Shown: positions 16,171 through 24,481 of the stretch, one piece after another | Layout of the letters: each line of letters opens with the position of its first letter | Position numbering within the stretch: the first letter of the stretch is position 1 | Virus record (IMG/VR): IMGVR_UViG_3300045988_061221 | Origin: a virus | Length of the DNA: 36,478 nt | Reading direction: 5' to 3' (one strand) | The notes under the pieces: model-generated | Told to the model about the DNA's origin: nothing | Database searches by the model: none | What the model saw: the letters and a program-made list of their open reading frames with translations, nothing else | Program-made: the position numbers and the translations under genes

Positions 16171-16369
16171 AATCCGCTTTTTCTGTTTTTTCTGTTTTAA
16201 CTGCTTTGGCTCTCGGCTTTTTGGGAGCGTCAGGCTTGACCTCTTCTGCAAAACCACCGTCAATGAGTTCCTTTGCTCTCTGCTCGGAGCATTCAAAAAC
16301 TTCATTCACAGGTCGTGTTACATAGCCGTTCTGCCTGTCGTTAAATGCTGTTGTTACTCTGATTTTCAT
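16169..16369 (-). CDS. Hypothetical 66-aa protein with Lys/Pro-rich tail
   Basis: ORF with terminators on both sides. No motif recognised. Confidence 0.5.
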   Translation of the reverse strand: MKIRVTTAFNDRQNGYVTRPVNEVFECSEQRAKELIDGGFAEEVKPDAPKKPRAKAVKTEKTEKAD

Positions 16370-16417
16370 TCTGTCACCACCTTTCTAAACTGGTCGAAAT
16401 CGACGGGTTTAAATGCA

Positions 16418-16448
16418 ATAAAAAAGCACTCTGATTTCTCAAAGTGCT
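16418..16448 (-). terminator. Intrinsic terminator upstream of the 66-aa gene (near-duplicate of 16137-16170)
   Basis: Stem AGCACUUUGA/UCAGAGUGCU (one G-U), followed by UUUUUAU. Confidence 0.55.
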
Positions 16449-16473
16449 GATTTGATGTATTTAGTTCTGTTAC

Positions 16474-16548
16474 GGCAAGTTACAGGCAAGTTAAGCAATG
16501 CCGTGAACAAGCCGTTTTTCTTGCTCTGAACATATTCTCGGCAAGTTA
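16474..16548. repeat. GGCAAGTTA x3 (16474, 16485, 16540)
   Basis: Exact 9-mers with 11-bp and 55-bp spacing, in a non-coding segment between two terminators. Confidence 0.6.
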
Positions 16549-16550
16549 AA

Positions 16551-16580
16551 CAACAAAACCGCCCTTTTTACGGAGCGGTT
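16551..16580 (-). terminator. Intrinsic terminator after the 62-aa gene
   Basis: Stem AACCGCUC/GGGCGGUU followed by UUUGUUGUUU. It overlaps the stop codon. Confidence 0.55.
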
Positions 16581-16767
16581 AGATTATGCCACTATCTTTT
16601 AGATATTGCATTTTTTGTTTCTCTCTAAGCTTACTGTAAAGTGCTTCAGCATCTTTAGCTTCTTGTGGAGCATCTTCACGCAAAGTGACATTTAAACCAT
16701 TTGTTACAAGGTACGGCTTAAACGCATTCCATAGAGATTTTTGTTCTTCAGTTTGTATCAATCTCAT
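16579..16767 (-). CDS. Hypothetical 62-aa protein (possible immunity/partner of the MuF C-terminal domain)
   Basis: Sits immediately downstream of the MuF gene. The function is inferred from position only. Confidence 0.45.
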   Translation of the reverse strand: MRLIQTEEQKSLWNAFKPYLVTNGLNVTLREDAPQEAKDAEALYSKLREKQKMQYLKDSGII

Positions 16768-16774
16768 ACTATCA

Positions 16775-18496
16775 TCACCCTAAAAGTTTGCTGACTCTGT
16801 ACTCATTATACACTTCATCCATAGCTTTATCTTTTAAGCATTCAAAAGCATACTCACTTATATCCTCTATATTATAACCGTTATTTATCAATTTTTCAAC
16901 CTTTGGAGCATAAATTTTATTAAGGTAATCGCAATATTCAAAATAATCGTTAATACTTCCGAATTTTGCTCTGTAATTTTTAGCGTCTTGCCAATGAATC
17001 AGTTCGTGCAGAATTGTACTCAATCTGTCTTGCGGACAAGCCAAGTTTTCTTGTAAGCCTGACAAATCACTTGTTGAAAAGTATGCTGAATTGACATTTA
17101 GAACATTTTGCATTGGCATATATGAAGCAATAGCATTTACTCGCATTTCTTCGGGAGTGACAATACAAATTTCAGGCTTTCCGCTTGTTTCAACCTCTCC
17201 GAGCATATCAAACGCTTTTCTCACTTGCATATCAAAATTATGAAGTTCTTTTCGTTTTAGCTTTACCTTATCTGAAATATAAACATTATCACACAATGTA
17301 TTTGCATTGTGGGTATCAATTGTAATTGTTTCGCCCTCAATTTTGCGTTCAAAAGTTTTTGATATATCTTCTTCAAAAACAGGTCTGTAATATTTTTGTT
17401 CATCAGTCTTCAAAGAAAATTGTTTTGCCTTTTCTTCAAGCGTATTCGCCCTATCGTGCCACTCATCGGCTCGGGTTTGGGCAATGCGTTTATTGTCCTC
17501 ATCAAGGCTGTATTCGGCACGACGGTCAAAGCGTTCTGCCTGACGCTGTGCATACTGCTGTTTTTCCTCAATTCCTCGCTGACGGTCAAGCTCTTTGATT
17601 TCATCTTCAGACAACGGTGCGTCCAAATCATCAAGTTCGGGATAATATGTACTTGTGCTGTCCTTACATCTCGGATGAAACAAACCGTTCTTGATTGCAG
17701 TTGAGAGAAGCGGATAGTTTCCGTCTGACTTTTTGCCGTTTGAATAAACATCGTCAATAAACACCTTGCCGATATATTTTGCACAATCGGGGCAACCGCC
17801 CTGTCTTGAGTTCACAACAACGAGGGATACTCCCCATTCGGCTCGCTTTTCGCCCTCACCACGCAGATAGGCTCTTTTGTTGGCTGTTTTAACCGCCATG
17901 TCCGCATAATCCGAGAGCGTGTGCCTTGCACCGTTCTTGTATTCCACACAATTAAGACCTGCGTTGAGCATATCTTTGCAGGCGATATCAACGGCTTTTT
18001 CGTATGTAACCGCACCCGTGTTCGTTGCAACCTGTGCGTTAAAAATCGCCTTGCGGTACTTGTCGTTGCTCATACGCAAAACCGCCGTTTCTGCCCTCTT
18101 TAAATCGTCTGTGGTCGATTTTATGAGTGCGTCAAGTTTACGGTCATTCACCTTAAAAAACTCGGCTGTGCTGTGTGCTGACGGCTTTTTCGGGGCCTTG
18201 AAACCGTCCTTGACAGCTTCAAGAATTTCTGCCTCCTGACTTGCATTTCCGTCAGCTTTGGCGGTGCGAATCATCTCTTCAACCTTGCCGTTAATGGTTT
18301 TGAAACGCTTGCCGAATTTCTTTGCGTTGTGCTTACGGTACTCTTCAAGACTTTTGAGCTGTTCAGCCTGCCATTGTGTCCAGTTGTAACCCTCTTTGGT
18401 TTCTTCGGCTCTGTGACGGCTGAAATTGCGCATCATGCTGTCGATAAGCTCGTTTTCAATTCTCTCAAAAGCCTCTTTAATGTTGTAATCACTCAT
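16775..18496 (-). CDS. Minor head protein (SPP1 gp7 / Mu F family) fused to a C-terminal HExxH metallopeptidase-like domain
   Basis: MuF blocks GGCPDCAKYIGKVF and LFHPRCKDST. The C-terminal ~190 aa contains HELIH, encoded at 16994-17008. Confidence 0.85.
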   Translation of the reverse strand: MSDYNIKEAFERIENELIDSMMRNFSRHRAEETKEGYNWTQWQAEQLKSLEEYRKHNAKKFGKRFKTINGKVEEMIRTAKADGNASQEAEILEAVKDGFKAPKKPSAHSTAEFFKVNDRKLDALIKSTTDDLKRAETAVLRMSNDKYRKAIFNAQVATNTGAVTYEKAVDIACKDMLNAGLNCVEYKNGARHTLSDYADMAVKTANKRAYLRGEGEKRAEWGVSLVVVNSRQGGCPDCAKYIGKVFIDDVYSNGKKSDGNYPLLSTAIKNGLFHPRCKDSTSTYYPELDDLDAPLSEDEIKELDRQRGIEEKQQYAQRQAERFDRRAEYSLDEDNKRIAQTRADEWHDRANTLEEKAKQFSLKTDEQKYYRPVFEEDISKTFERKIEGETITIDTHNANTLCDNVYISDKVKLKRKELHNFDMQVRKAFDMLGEVETSGKPEICIVTPEEMRVNAIASYMPMQNVLNVNSAYFSTSDLSGLQENLACPQDRLSTILHELIHWQDAKNYRAKFGSINDYFEYCDYLNKIYAPKVEKLINNGYNIEDISEYAFECLKDKAMDEVYNEYRVSKLLG

Positions 18497-18503
18497 TGCT
18501 TAC

Positions 18504-20063
18504 TCATTTGCTGTCATCGTCCTGATTTGCGATATCTTCGGGTTTATCGGGTTCATTGCCCGTGTCGGTAAGGTCCACATCGTCAAGCTCCGATTTTTCT
18601 TCTTCGCCTGCAATGCCCTGTTCTTCCTTAATTCTCTGCACCTCTTCGGCTTTCCAATCCTCCGACTTGCTGTCGCCGTAAAGCTCGTCAACCGAGGTTT
18701 CAACTGACATCAAACCGCCCTGTCTTGCTTTTGACACGGTTTCAACCTGACTTTCAAAGCTCGGATTTGCATATTCGCCGAAGTTTACGGATACTTCCAA
18801 GCCCTCAACAATACCCTTGCCGTTAAGTTCACCGTCTGCATTGAGTACAACTGCAACAAGGCTTTGAAGTGCGTTCTGCGTAATTTTCACAAGGTTCTGC
18901 CTTGTGTAAAGGGTTGTCTTTTCCTTTTCACGCTGAGCGTCTGCATTATCAAGCTTCTTCGTATCAATGCCGAGAGTTGACGGCGATATAATGCCCTGTA
19001 AGCAGAGGTCGAGGGCAGTAATGTATGAACTCAAATAGCTTTCGTGCTGAATCTGCGGACTTTCGGTGTAAATCCTGTTGCCGTTGCCGTTTTCAGACAT
19101 ATCGTTGCCCACGGTGATAAATCGGTTGTCAAACGGATTTGGCGACATCGGCTGACAGGTTTCGGGATTTCTCGGAACAAGGCAATTAGGCACATACTGC
19201 TTTGTTCGGCAGGCTCTGAGTGCGTCCATCCACTGTGACCACACTTCATCAAGGCTGTCGAAAGCGTCTGTTTTTATGCCAATAATGCCCGCACCTCTGC
19301 CCTTGTGGCACGATTTGCCGTAAAGGACAGGTACAGCCCACATATATGATTCGTCAAATGTAACACCCTTTGAATCAATCCAAGAAAGTGCGTCTACCGT
19401 GTGCAGGTCAATCTCTTTGCCGTTGTCATCATACAAAGCATAGTGAATATAGCCGTAACCGTATGTTTCTTCAAAGCGGTAACGGCGGTGTTTTTGCGTG
19501 TAATCGGTGTAAAACTTAACCTCTCGGATTCTGCCACGCACATATGTAAAGTCGATGTTTTCGGCAGGATACCATTCAACAATCGGAACATCTGATACAG
19601 CCGTGTCAAAGCTGACCTTAAAAGCACCGTCACCGACAACACATAGGTCACGGAGCATTTGCTTAACCGTGTCGGACAATTTGTTCTGCTTTTCAATGTC
19701 TTCCCAACGCTCTGCATAAGCGGTTGAATTTTTACTTGTAACATCTGTGCCGTTGTAGTCGGCAATTACGATATTCACAAGCGTTTCGCAGATGAGTGCC
19801 GGCAAGCCCGTGTGTATTTTACGGATTTCAAGCCCCTTTGTGCTTTTTGCCGCCCAAAACATAGTTTTGTTTGTATCAATCTGCCTGTACAGCTCCGCAA
19901 GCTGTCTGCTGTTGCCCCAATACCAAATGCGATTGATAAAGCACTCGGTCAGATGATTGCTTGTTTCGGTGACGGTAATTGTTTTGTCGCTTGCAGGAGT
20001 AATCTGCAAAAAGTTTTTAATTCCCGATCTGATAGATTCAGCCATTCTGTTAATCAGCCCCAT
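18504..20063 (-). CDS. Portal protein (SPP1 gp6-like)
   Basis: 519 aa with an acidic C-terminus, located between terL and MuF. Confidence 0.9.
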   Translation of the reverse strand: MGLINRMAESIRSGIKNFLQITPASDKTITVTETSNHLTECFINRIWYWGNSRQLAELYRQIDTNKTMFWAAKSTKGLEIRKIHTGLPALICETLVNIVIADYNGTDVTSKNSTAYAERWEDIEKQNKLSDTVKQMLRDLCVVGDGAFKVSFDTAVSDVPIVEWYPAENIDFTYVRGRIREVKFYTDYTQKHRRYRFEETYGYGYIHYALYDDNGKEIDLHTVDALSWIDSKGVTFDESYMWAVPVLYGKSCHKGRGAGIIGIKTDAFDSLDEVWSQWMDALRACRTKQYVPNCLVPRNPETCQPMSPNPFDNRFITVGNDMSENGNGNRIYTESPQIQHESYLSSYITALDLCLQGIISPSTLGIDTKKLDNADAQREKEKTTLYTRQNLVKITQNALQSLVAVVLNADGELNGKGIVEGLEVSVNFGEYANPSFESQVETVSKARQGGLMSVETSVDELYGDSKSEDWKAEEVQRIKEEQGIAGEEEKSELDDVDLTDTGNEPDKPEDIANQDDDSK

Positions 20064-21414
20064 TTATTTCACTTCCAATAATATTTTTAAACGGCAGCCA
20101 CGCATATTGACCGCTGTTAATGCAATGGTCGTGACCGTCCTCGGGTGTGTTGTCTTTATCCTCTCGCCAGCTGTAAATTTCAAACTCGGCAATCGTGTTT
20201 TTACAATGTTCAAGCACAAAATAACAGTCGGTGGCAAGCCAGCCGAGTACAAGATTGATTCGGTCGATAATCTTCGTTTTCTTCCATGCATTTGCAAAGT
20301 CATAGACACAGCCGTGCTGTCGCTTATACTTTTGAAATTCGGTAATAGTCGCTTGGTCGGCGCTGTCAATAAAAGCCGTGCGTGCAAAGCCCCATTCATC
20401 ACGGTTGCGGTCAAGAAAATCAATAAAATTCTTCACTGTGTCACTCGGGGCAATAGGTGTTTGCATTTCGGCATTGTTGTAAACTCTTTCATCAAGCTGA
20501 ACACACTTACCGTGATTGGTAATGCCGTAAAATGTCATTGCGATAGTGTCAGGCGACTTCTGCGAATAGGCGGTATCAAGACCTGCGGTGAACTGAACAA
20601 AGTGTTCCGACTTGCGGTTACAGTTCAAAAACTTTCCTGCCCACTCTTTTGATTTGATATGTCTTGCCCTCTCAAAATTCGGGAACACAAGACCTGTTGC
20701 TCTGCCTCGCAAACCTAAGATTTTATTTTTATAGAGCTTTGTACCTTTCGGTGCAGAGTTCTTTTTCTTTTCAATCTGTTCAGGTGTAAGACTTAAATTG
20801 TCGGCAAAAGAAAAGAACCAATACCGCCAATTTGGTACAGGTTCTTCGGTAAGCTCCGCCGTAATCTCGGGAGGAACATCGTTTTCATATTTTTTAAAAG
20901 GACGGGAGCGGTTGACAAACTCCTTATACACAGGCAGGCTCGGATCATCGGGATTCAGCGTTGCAAGCATATAGTCATTACGGGTTGACATCTCTCGGAT
21001 AAACTCGATATCGGCGGTGTTGATTTCGTCAATATAAACGCACCCAAACTGCGCACCGAGAACCATTTCCCACTTATCCCGACTGCTGTAACCGAGAATA
21101 TAGATGATTTTGCCCTCAAACTTGATATGCGGCAGCTTGTAATCCTTGTCGCCGTTACCACAATAGACTGCGTTGCGGTGCAAGTCGAGAATACCGTTGT
21201 CCTGTTGAATTATAGTTTCCTCAGCCTTGCCCGTGTTTTTGGCGGCAATTGCGTGAAGCTTCTTCGGCGACTGCGACACCATTCGCATAAACTTAACGCC
21301 TGCTCCGACTGTTGTTTTTCCTGAGGCTGTAGTGCCTTCAAGAAATTCAGCCGACACATTTGTTGTGTTGATAAAGTCGATATACTTTTGTGACAGCGGA
21401 AATTTGTTACTCAC
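20050..21414 (-). CDS. terL: Terminase large subunit
   Basis: Walker A motif GTTASGKT and a Walker B-like VYIDE. GTG start overlapping the terS end. Confidence 0.9.
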   Translation of the reverse strand: MSNKFPLSQKYIDFINTTNVSAEFLEGTTASGKTTVGAGVKFMRMVSQSPKKLHAIAAKNTGKAEETIIQQDNGILDLHRNAVYCGNGDKDYKLPHIKFEGKIIYILGYSSRDKWEMVLGAQFGCVYIDEINTADIEFIREMSTRNDYMLATLNPDDPSLPVYKEFVNRSRPFKKYENDVPPEITAELTEEPVPNWRYWFFSFADNLSLTPEQIEKKKNSAPKGTKLYKNKILGLRGRATGLVFPNFERARHIKSKEWAGKFLNCNRKSEHFVQFTAGLDTAYSQKSPDTIAMTFYGITNHGKCVQLDERVYNNAEMQTPIAPSDTVKNFIDFLDRNRDEWGFARTAFIDSADQATITEFQKYKRQHGCVYDFANAWKKTKIIDRINLVLGWLATDCYFVLEHCKNTIAEFEIYSWREDKDNTPEDGHDHCINSGQYAWLPFKNIIGSEINGAD

Positions 21415-21802
21415 TCAGCCCCTCACCGCCCAACTGCCTGAACACATCGGATAGCTTTTCGGACTGCTCAACCTTTGCGTCAACCTTAACGGTGTATTCG
21501 CCCGTCATCTTGTTGAGCGTGTCAATCGCCCTGATTCTGTCGGAGGTGTCCTGCCCGTCATTCCTTGCAATGTCGGACAAAGCAACCTGTCTGTCCTTTG
21601 CACTCATAATGCGCTCATCTTTGAGCTTATCGGAAAGCTCTTTGATATAATTTGCGATTGTAGTATTTTGTAGTAATTTTGAAGCATTGGTATTAGCATA
21701 TTTTGCGGAATATCCTGCCTTAACAGCACTCTCAGCGGCGTTACCGCTTTGTGCATAATATTCAGCAAATTTACGCTGTCTTGCATTTAATTTGTCTTTC
21801 AC
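21407..21802 (-). CDS. terS: Terminase small subunit (Terminase_2-like)
   Basis: LNARQRKFAEYYAQSGNAAESAVKAGYS is the typical terS HTH opening. GTG-21802 follows AAAGGGCGGTGA. Confidence 0.8.
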   Translation of the reverse strand: MKDKLNARQRKFAEYYAQSGNAAESAVKAGYSAKYANTNASKLLQNTTIANYIKELSDKLKDERIMSAKDRQVALSDIARNDGQDTSDRIRAIDTLNKMTGEYTVKVDAKVEQSEKLSDVFRQLGGEGLSE

Positions 21803-21821
21803 GGTATCACCGCCCTTTCTA

Positions 21822-21864
21822 AAAATAAGCAAAAGAAAAGACAGCACATTTCTGTACTGTCTTT
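21822..21864 (-). terminator. Intrinsic terminator immediately upstream of terS
   Basis: 8-bp stem AAAGACAG/CUGUCUUU followed by UCUUUUGCUUAUUUUU. A 6-bp hairpin TTCCGG/CCGGAA (21875-21893) precedes it. Confidence 0.5.
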
Positions 21865-21957
21865 AAACACAGGTTTCCGGAGTTGCACCGGAATCTGTAA
21901 AAACTGTTTTCCTATTTAAACTATCCCCTGCGTTTATAATATTATATCAATAAATTT

Positions 21958-22353
21958 CTAAATATTCAAGTGTTTTCTTTTTCTTTCCCATTTATTCAAT
22001 AATGCACTTACATATTTCTGTTCTTTATCAGTCAATTGACGATCTCCAATTTCATTATGTTCATAACCCAAATGGGTATGTGGCATCATTCCATTATGAG
22101 GTCTACCTTTAACGTCAATTTGTTTTATTCTTTCGCCGTAGTTGTCATAAAAAGTAACACTTTTGATGTTGCTCTGTTTGTCAAGAGTAGCATACACTCT
22201 ATTTTTTGTCATAGTTTCCATAGGAGCTTTTATCGAAGTATTACCATTCATATGAATTACTTTTATTTCACCAAATTGAGCAACTGTGTGATATTCTGTA
22301 CCGTACTTCTTTCCCTTATCACTTATACCGCTTGAAGAGCCTCTTCCGCCCAT
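21958..22353 (-). CDS. Hypothetical phage protein (131 aa, MGGRGSSSG... N-terminus)
   Basis: ATG-22353 follows AGGAGG and overlaps the upstream stop (TAATG). No confident family call. Confidence 0.6.
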   Translation of the reverse strand: MGGRGSSSGISDKGKKYGTEYHTVAQFGEIKVIHMNGNTSIKAPMETMTKNRVYATLDKQSNIKSVTFYDNYGERIKQIDVKGRPHNGMMPHTHLGYEHNEIGDRQLTDKEQKYVSALLNKWERKRKHLNI

Positions 22354-22976
22354 TATTCTGACCTCCTGAATTTTTCCTGAAATGATTTGATGTTGATAAT
22401 GTTCTCCTCGCATTCTTCGGGGACTCTGCCGTAGAAGATAATTGTTTCAGGCTGTAAGCGTTCAATCATTTCTTTGTAGCCTTTCAAAAACAGTTCTTTG
22501 GCAATCTTGTTTTTCTGTGTGCCGACACTTGACACGGCAACAGTACCGCCAATAGGTTCGCCGTCAAAACACCATTCAAAACTCTTTTCATCACTCCAAC
22601 AAATTGTAGGTATCACCTCAATACCGTAGAGCTGTAAATATGCACCTATCCAATGCTTGCGATAGTGGTTATAAATCTGCAACGCTGTCGGATAATCAGT
22701 GTAAAGACTGAAATCAGGCGATAATACACAACTGAATTTTTGTAGACTCTCAATATACCTGTCGGGTGTATTCCACAACCTCTGAAACTGGTAATCGTCA
22801 AGGAAAAAATGTACTCCGCAATCACTTTGCTTACTGCTTAAAATTTCGTTAAATCCAATGAATTTGTTTTCAGTAATTTTTGTAGGCTTGATAATCGGGA
22901 TGTCATATTCTCCTGCACCTTCAAAAATCGTCCTTGTACTGTTTTCGTAACTTGTACCGCATTTATCTTTATACAT
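22353..22976 (-). CDS. DUF4417-like protein
   Basis: VHFFLDDYQFQRLWNTPDRY...SPDFSLYTDYP...QIYNHYRKHWIGAY...VIPTICW matches my recollection of DUF4417. ATG-22976 follows GGGGTGGA. Confidence 0.7.
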   Translation of the reverse strand: MYKDKCGTSYENSTRTIFEGAGEYDIPIIKPTKITENKFIGFNEILSSKQSDCGVHFFLDDYQFQRLWNTPDRYIESLQKFSCVLSPDFSLYTDYPTALQIYNHYRKHWIGAYLQLYGIEVIPTICWSDEKSFEWCFDGEPIGGTVAVSSVGTQKNKIAKELFLKGYKEMIERLQPETIIFYGRVPEECEENIINIKSFQEKFRRSE

Positions 22977-22990
22977 TAATTCCACCCCGC

Positions 22991-23020
22991 AAAAGCAAAA
23001 CCGCCCTCAAATGAGAGCGG
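22991..23020 (-). terminator. Leader terminator between the late promoter and the first late gene
   Basis: 8-bp stem CCGCUCUC/GAGGGCGG (one G-U), AUUU loop, followed by UUUUGCUUUUGC. Confidence 0.6.
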
Positions 23021-23084
23021 TCTGTGCGATTTTTATCTTAGGAGAGTTTTACATATGTCCTGTTTGTCAAACTTTCATAATACC

Positions 23085-23120
23085 ATTATACGCAGGGTAA
23101 GGGTGACATTCAATGACATT
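23085..23120 (-). promoter_or_regulatory. Candidate late promoter TTGAAT-17-TATAAT with two AATGTCA direct repeats over the -35
   Basis: The -35 is the reverse complement of 23108-23113 and the -10 that of 23085-23090. TGACATT repeats lie at 23104-23110 and 23114-23120 on the plus strand. Confidence 0.6.
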
Positions 23121-23131
23121 TCAAAATAATT

Positions 23132-23542
23132 TTACGAGAAATTGAACTTTTTTCGGAACGCCTGTAACGCTTCGCCGTGCAATCTCAGGGTATGCCTTAC
23201 GCTCATTTCCATACTCTCGGCAATATCCTCCCACCTCTGACAATTTATGTAATACTCGGTCAAAATTGCAATGTAACGGTAATCGTCAAGTGCGTTGATT
23301 TTACTGCGGATTTCAGTTTTCAACCGCACAAGATTGTCAATTTCCCGATTGATTTCAGCCTGAAGGTCTGCAATCCTGTCCACAATCCGCATAGGGTCAT
23401 TCACTCCCGATGTCTTAACAGGCTCGTTCTGCTTAACTGATACCTGTGCAATATTCAGCCTAAGTTTCGACAGCTCGTGTTCTTTCGTTCTGATCAGCTT
23501 ATCCGAAACCCTGACCGAATATAAATAATCTTTAACCGTCAA
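23132..23542 (-). CDS. Late transcriptional regulator (DUF1492 / RinA-ArpU superfamily, sigma-70 region-4-like)
   Basis: The pattern DYL...RIVDRIADLQAEINREIDNLVRLKTEI...YIAILTEYYINCQRWEDIAESMEMSVRHTLRLHGEALQAF matches DUF1492 proteins of Gram-positive phages. Confidence 0.7.
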   Translation of the reverse strand: MTVKDYLYSVRVSDKLIRTKEHELSKLRLNIAQVSVKQNEPVKTSGVNDPMRIVDRIADLQAEINREIDNLVRLKTEIRSKINALDDYRYIAILTEYYINCQRWEDIAESMEMSVRHTLRLHGEALQAFRKKFNFS

Positions 23543-23769
23543 TCCACTTCACGCTCCTCGTCAAGCATACCAAGTTCCTGCGCCAACGCAACAACAGCGG
23601 TTACAATCAAATGCAAATCCTTACCTTTGATGTTACACATATTAAAGCAAACATCGCCCTCATCGTTATCAAGTTTACCAAAATCAATAACAAGTCCCTT
23701 TGTGATCGTCTTGCTTTCATTGTTATCGTAATTAACGGTAATGTTTTTAATATCTTTCATTTTCTTCAC
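23539..23769 (-). CDS. Hypothetical protein (76 aa)
   Basis: Packed ORF whose stop overlaps the start of the next gene. Confidence 0.45.
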   Translation of the reverse strand: MKKMKDIKNITVNYDNNESKTITKGLVIDFGKLDNDEGDVCFNMCNIKGKDLHLIVTAVVALAQELGMLDEEREVD

Positions 23770-23950
23770 CTCTCAACGATTTGGCAATTCTTTGTTGATT
23801 CTTGCAGATAAGATCATTTATGTTACAAAATAAATAATATGTCAACCCTCTTATCTCTTCTATATCATCTGTGACCATAATGCGATTGAGTTCACCGTCA
23901 ATCATATCACGGGTGTTATTGATTTCCTGTCTGAGTTTCATTTTCTTCAT
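23747..23950 (-). CDS. Hypothetical protein (67 aa)
   Basis: Packed ORF with an ATGA overlap with the upstream gene. Confidence 0.45.
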   Translation of the reverse strand: MKKMKLRQEINNTRDMIDGELNRIMVTDDIEEIRGLTYYLFCNINDLICKNQQRIAKSLRGEENERY

Positions 23951-24315
23951 TCTCCTTCAAAATTAACAACTTTTCCGTTGTCGGTGTAATCTCGTTTGTC
24001 AAATTCAAGTTTTAACTTGTCGATGACAACCCTGTCGATATGCTCCCAAAACACTTCGTCAGTGTCGGAGTGTTCAATTATTTCGGTCATAGACTTTAGT
24101 GCCTTTGCACATCTGTCACGACCAAATCCGAAATCCTTATGCAAAGCATACAGCATTGTTTTAAATACTCTGCGTGTGATGTCCTTGTTTTCTTTTTCTC
24201 GGATCTGCTCGTATGCGTTTTTGGCAATCCGTTCAGCTTCCTGTTTAAGCTGTTTCGGAATCTTAGGCGGTATTCTCGCTTTCAATGCTTTCTCTCCTTT
24301 CGTCAATCTTATCAA
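23947..24315 (-). CDS. Hypothetical protein (start uncertain; TTG-24285 after AAAGGAGAG is plausible)
   Basis: ORF in the early/middle operon. No motif recognised. Confidence 0.45.
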   Translation of the reverse strand: MIRLTKGEKALKARIPPKIPKQLKQEAERIAKNAYEQIREKENKDITRRVFKTMLYALHKDFGFGRDRCAKALKSMTEIIEHSDTDEVFWEHIDRVVIDKLKLEFDKRDYTDNGKVVNFEGE

Positions 24316-24481
24316 GTGCAGTTACAATCAACGAGCTTTTGGCTTTGGTGTCCATAAGCTCTGCTTGATAGTAAAACCGACCCGTTGTATTCCGTCTGAT
24401 GATACAGCCTTTCAGAACGTATTCTGCTCCATTGTACAGCACGGTTCTTTCAAGGTTGCGTTTAACTTCCGAGATATTCAC
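24263..24481 (-). CDS. Hypothetical protein (72 aa)
   Basis: GTG-24481 follows GAGGTGG and overlaps the rusA stop codon. Confidence 0.45.
   Translation of the reverse strand: MNISEVKRNLERTVLYNGAEYVLKGCIIRRNTTGRFYYQAELMDTKAKSSLIVTALDKIDERRESIESENTA

Noticed and set aside
19957-20652. 231-aa plus-strand ORF, the longest unassigned ORF
   Set aside because: It is entirely antisense to the portal/terL junction, whose minus-strand frames carry clear signatures such as the Walker A motif GTTASGKT. It has no SD and a Leu/Val/Cys-rich shadow composition.
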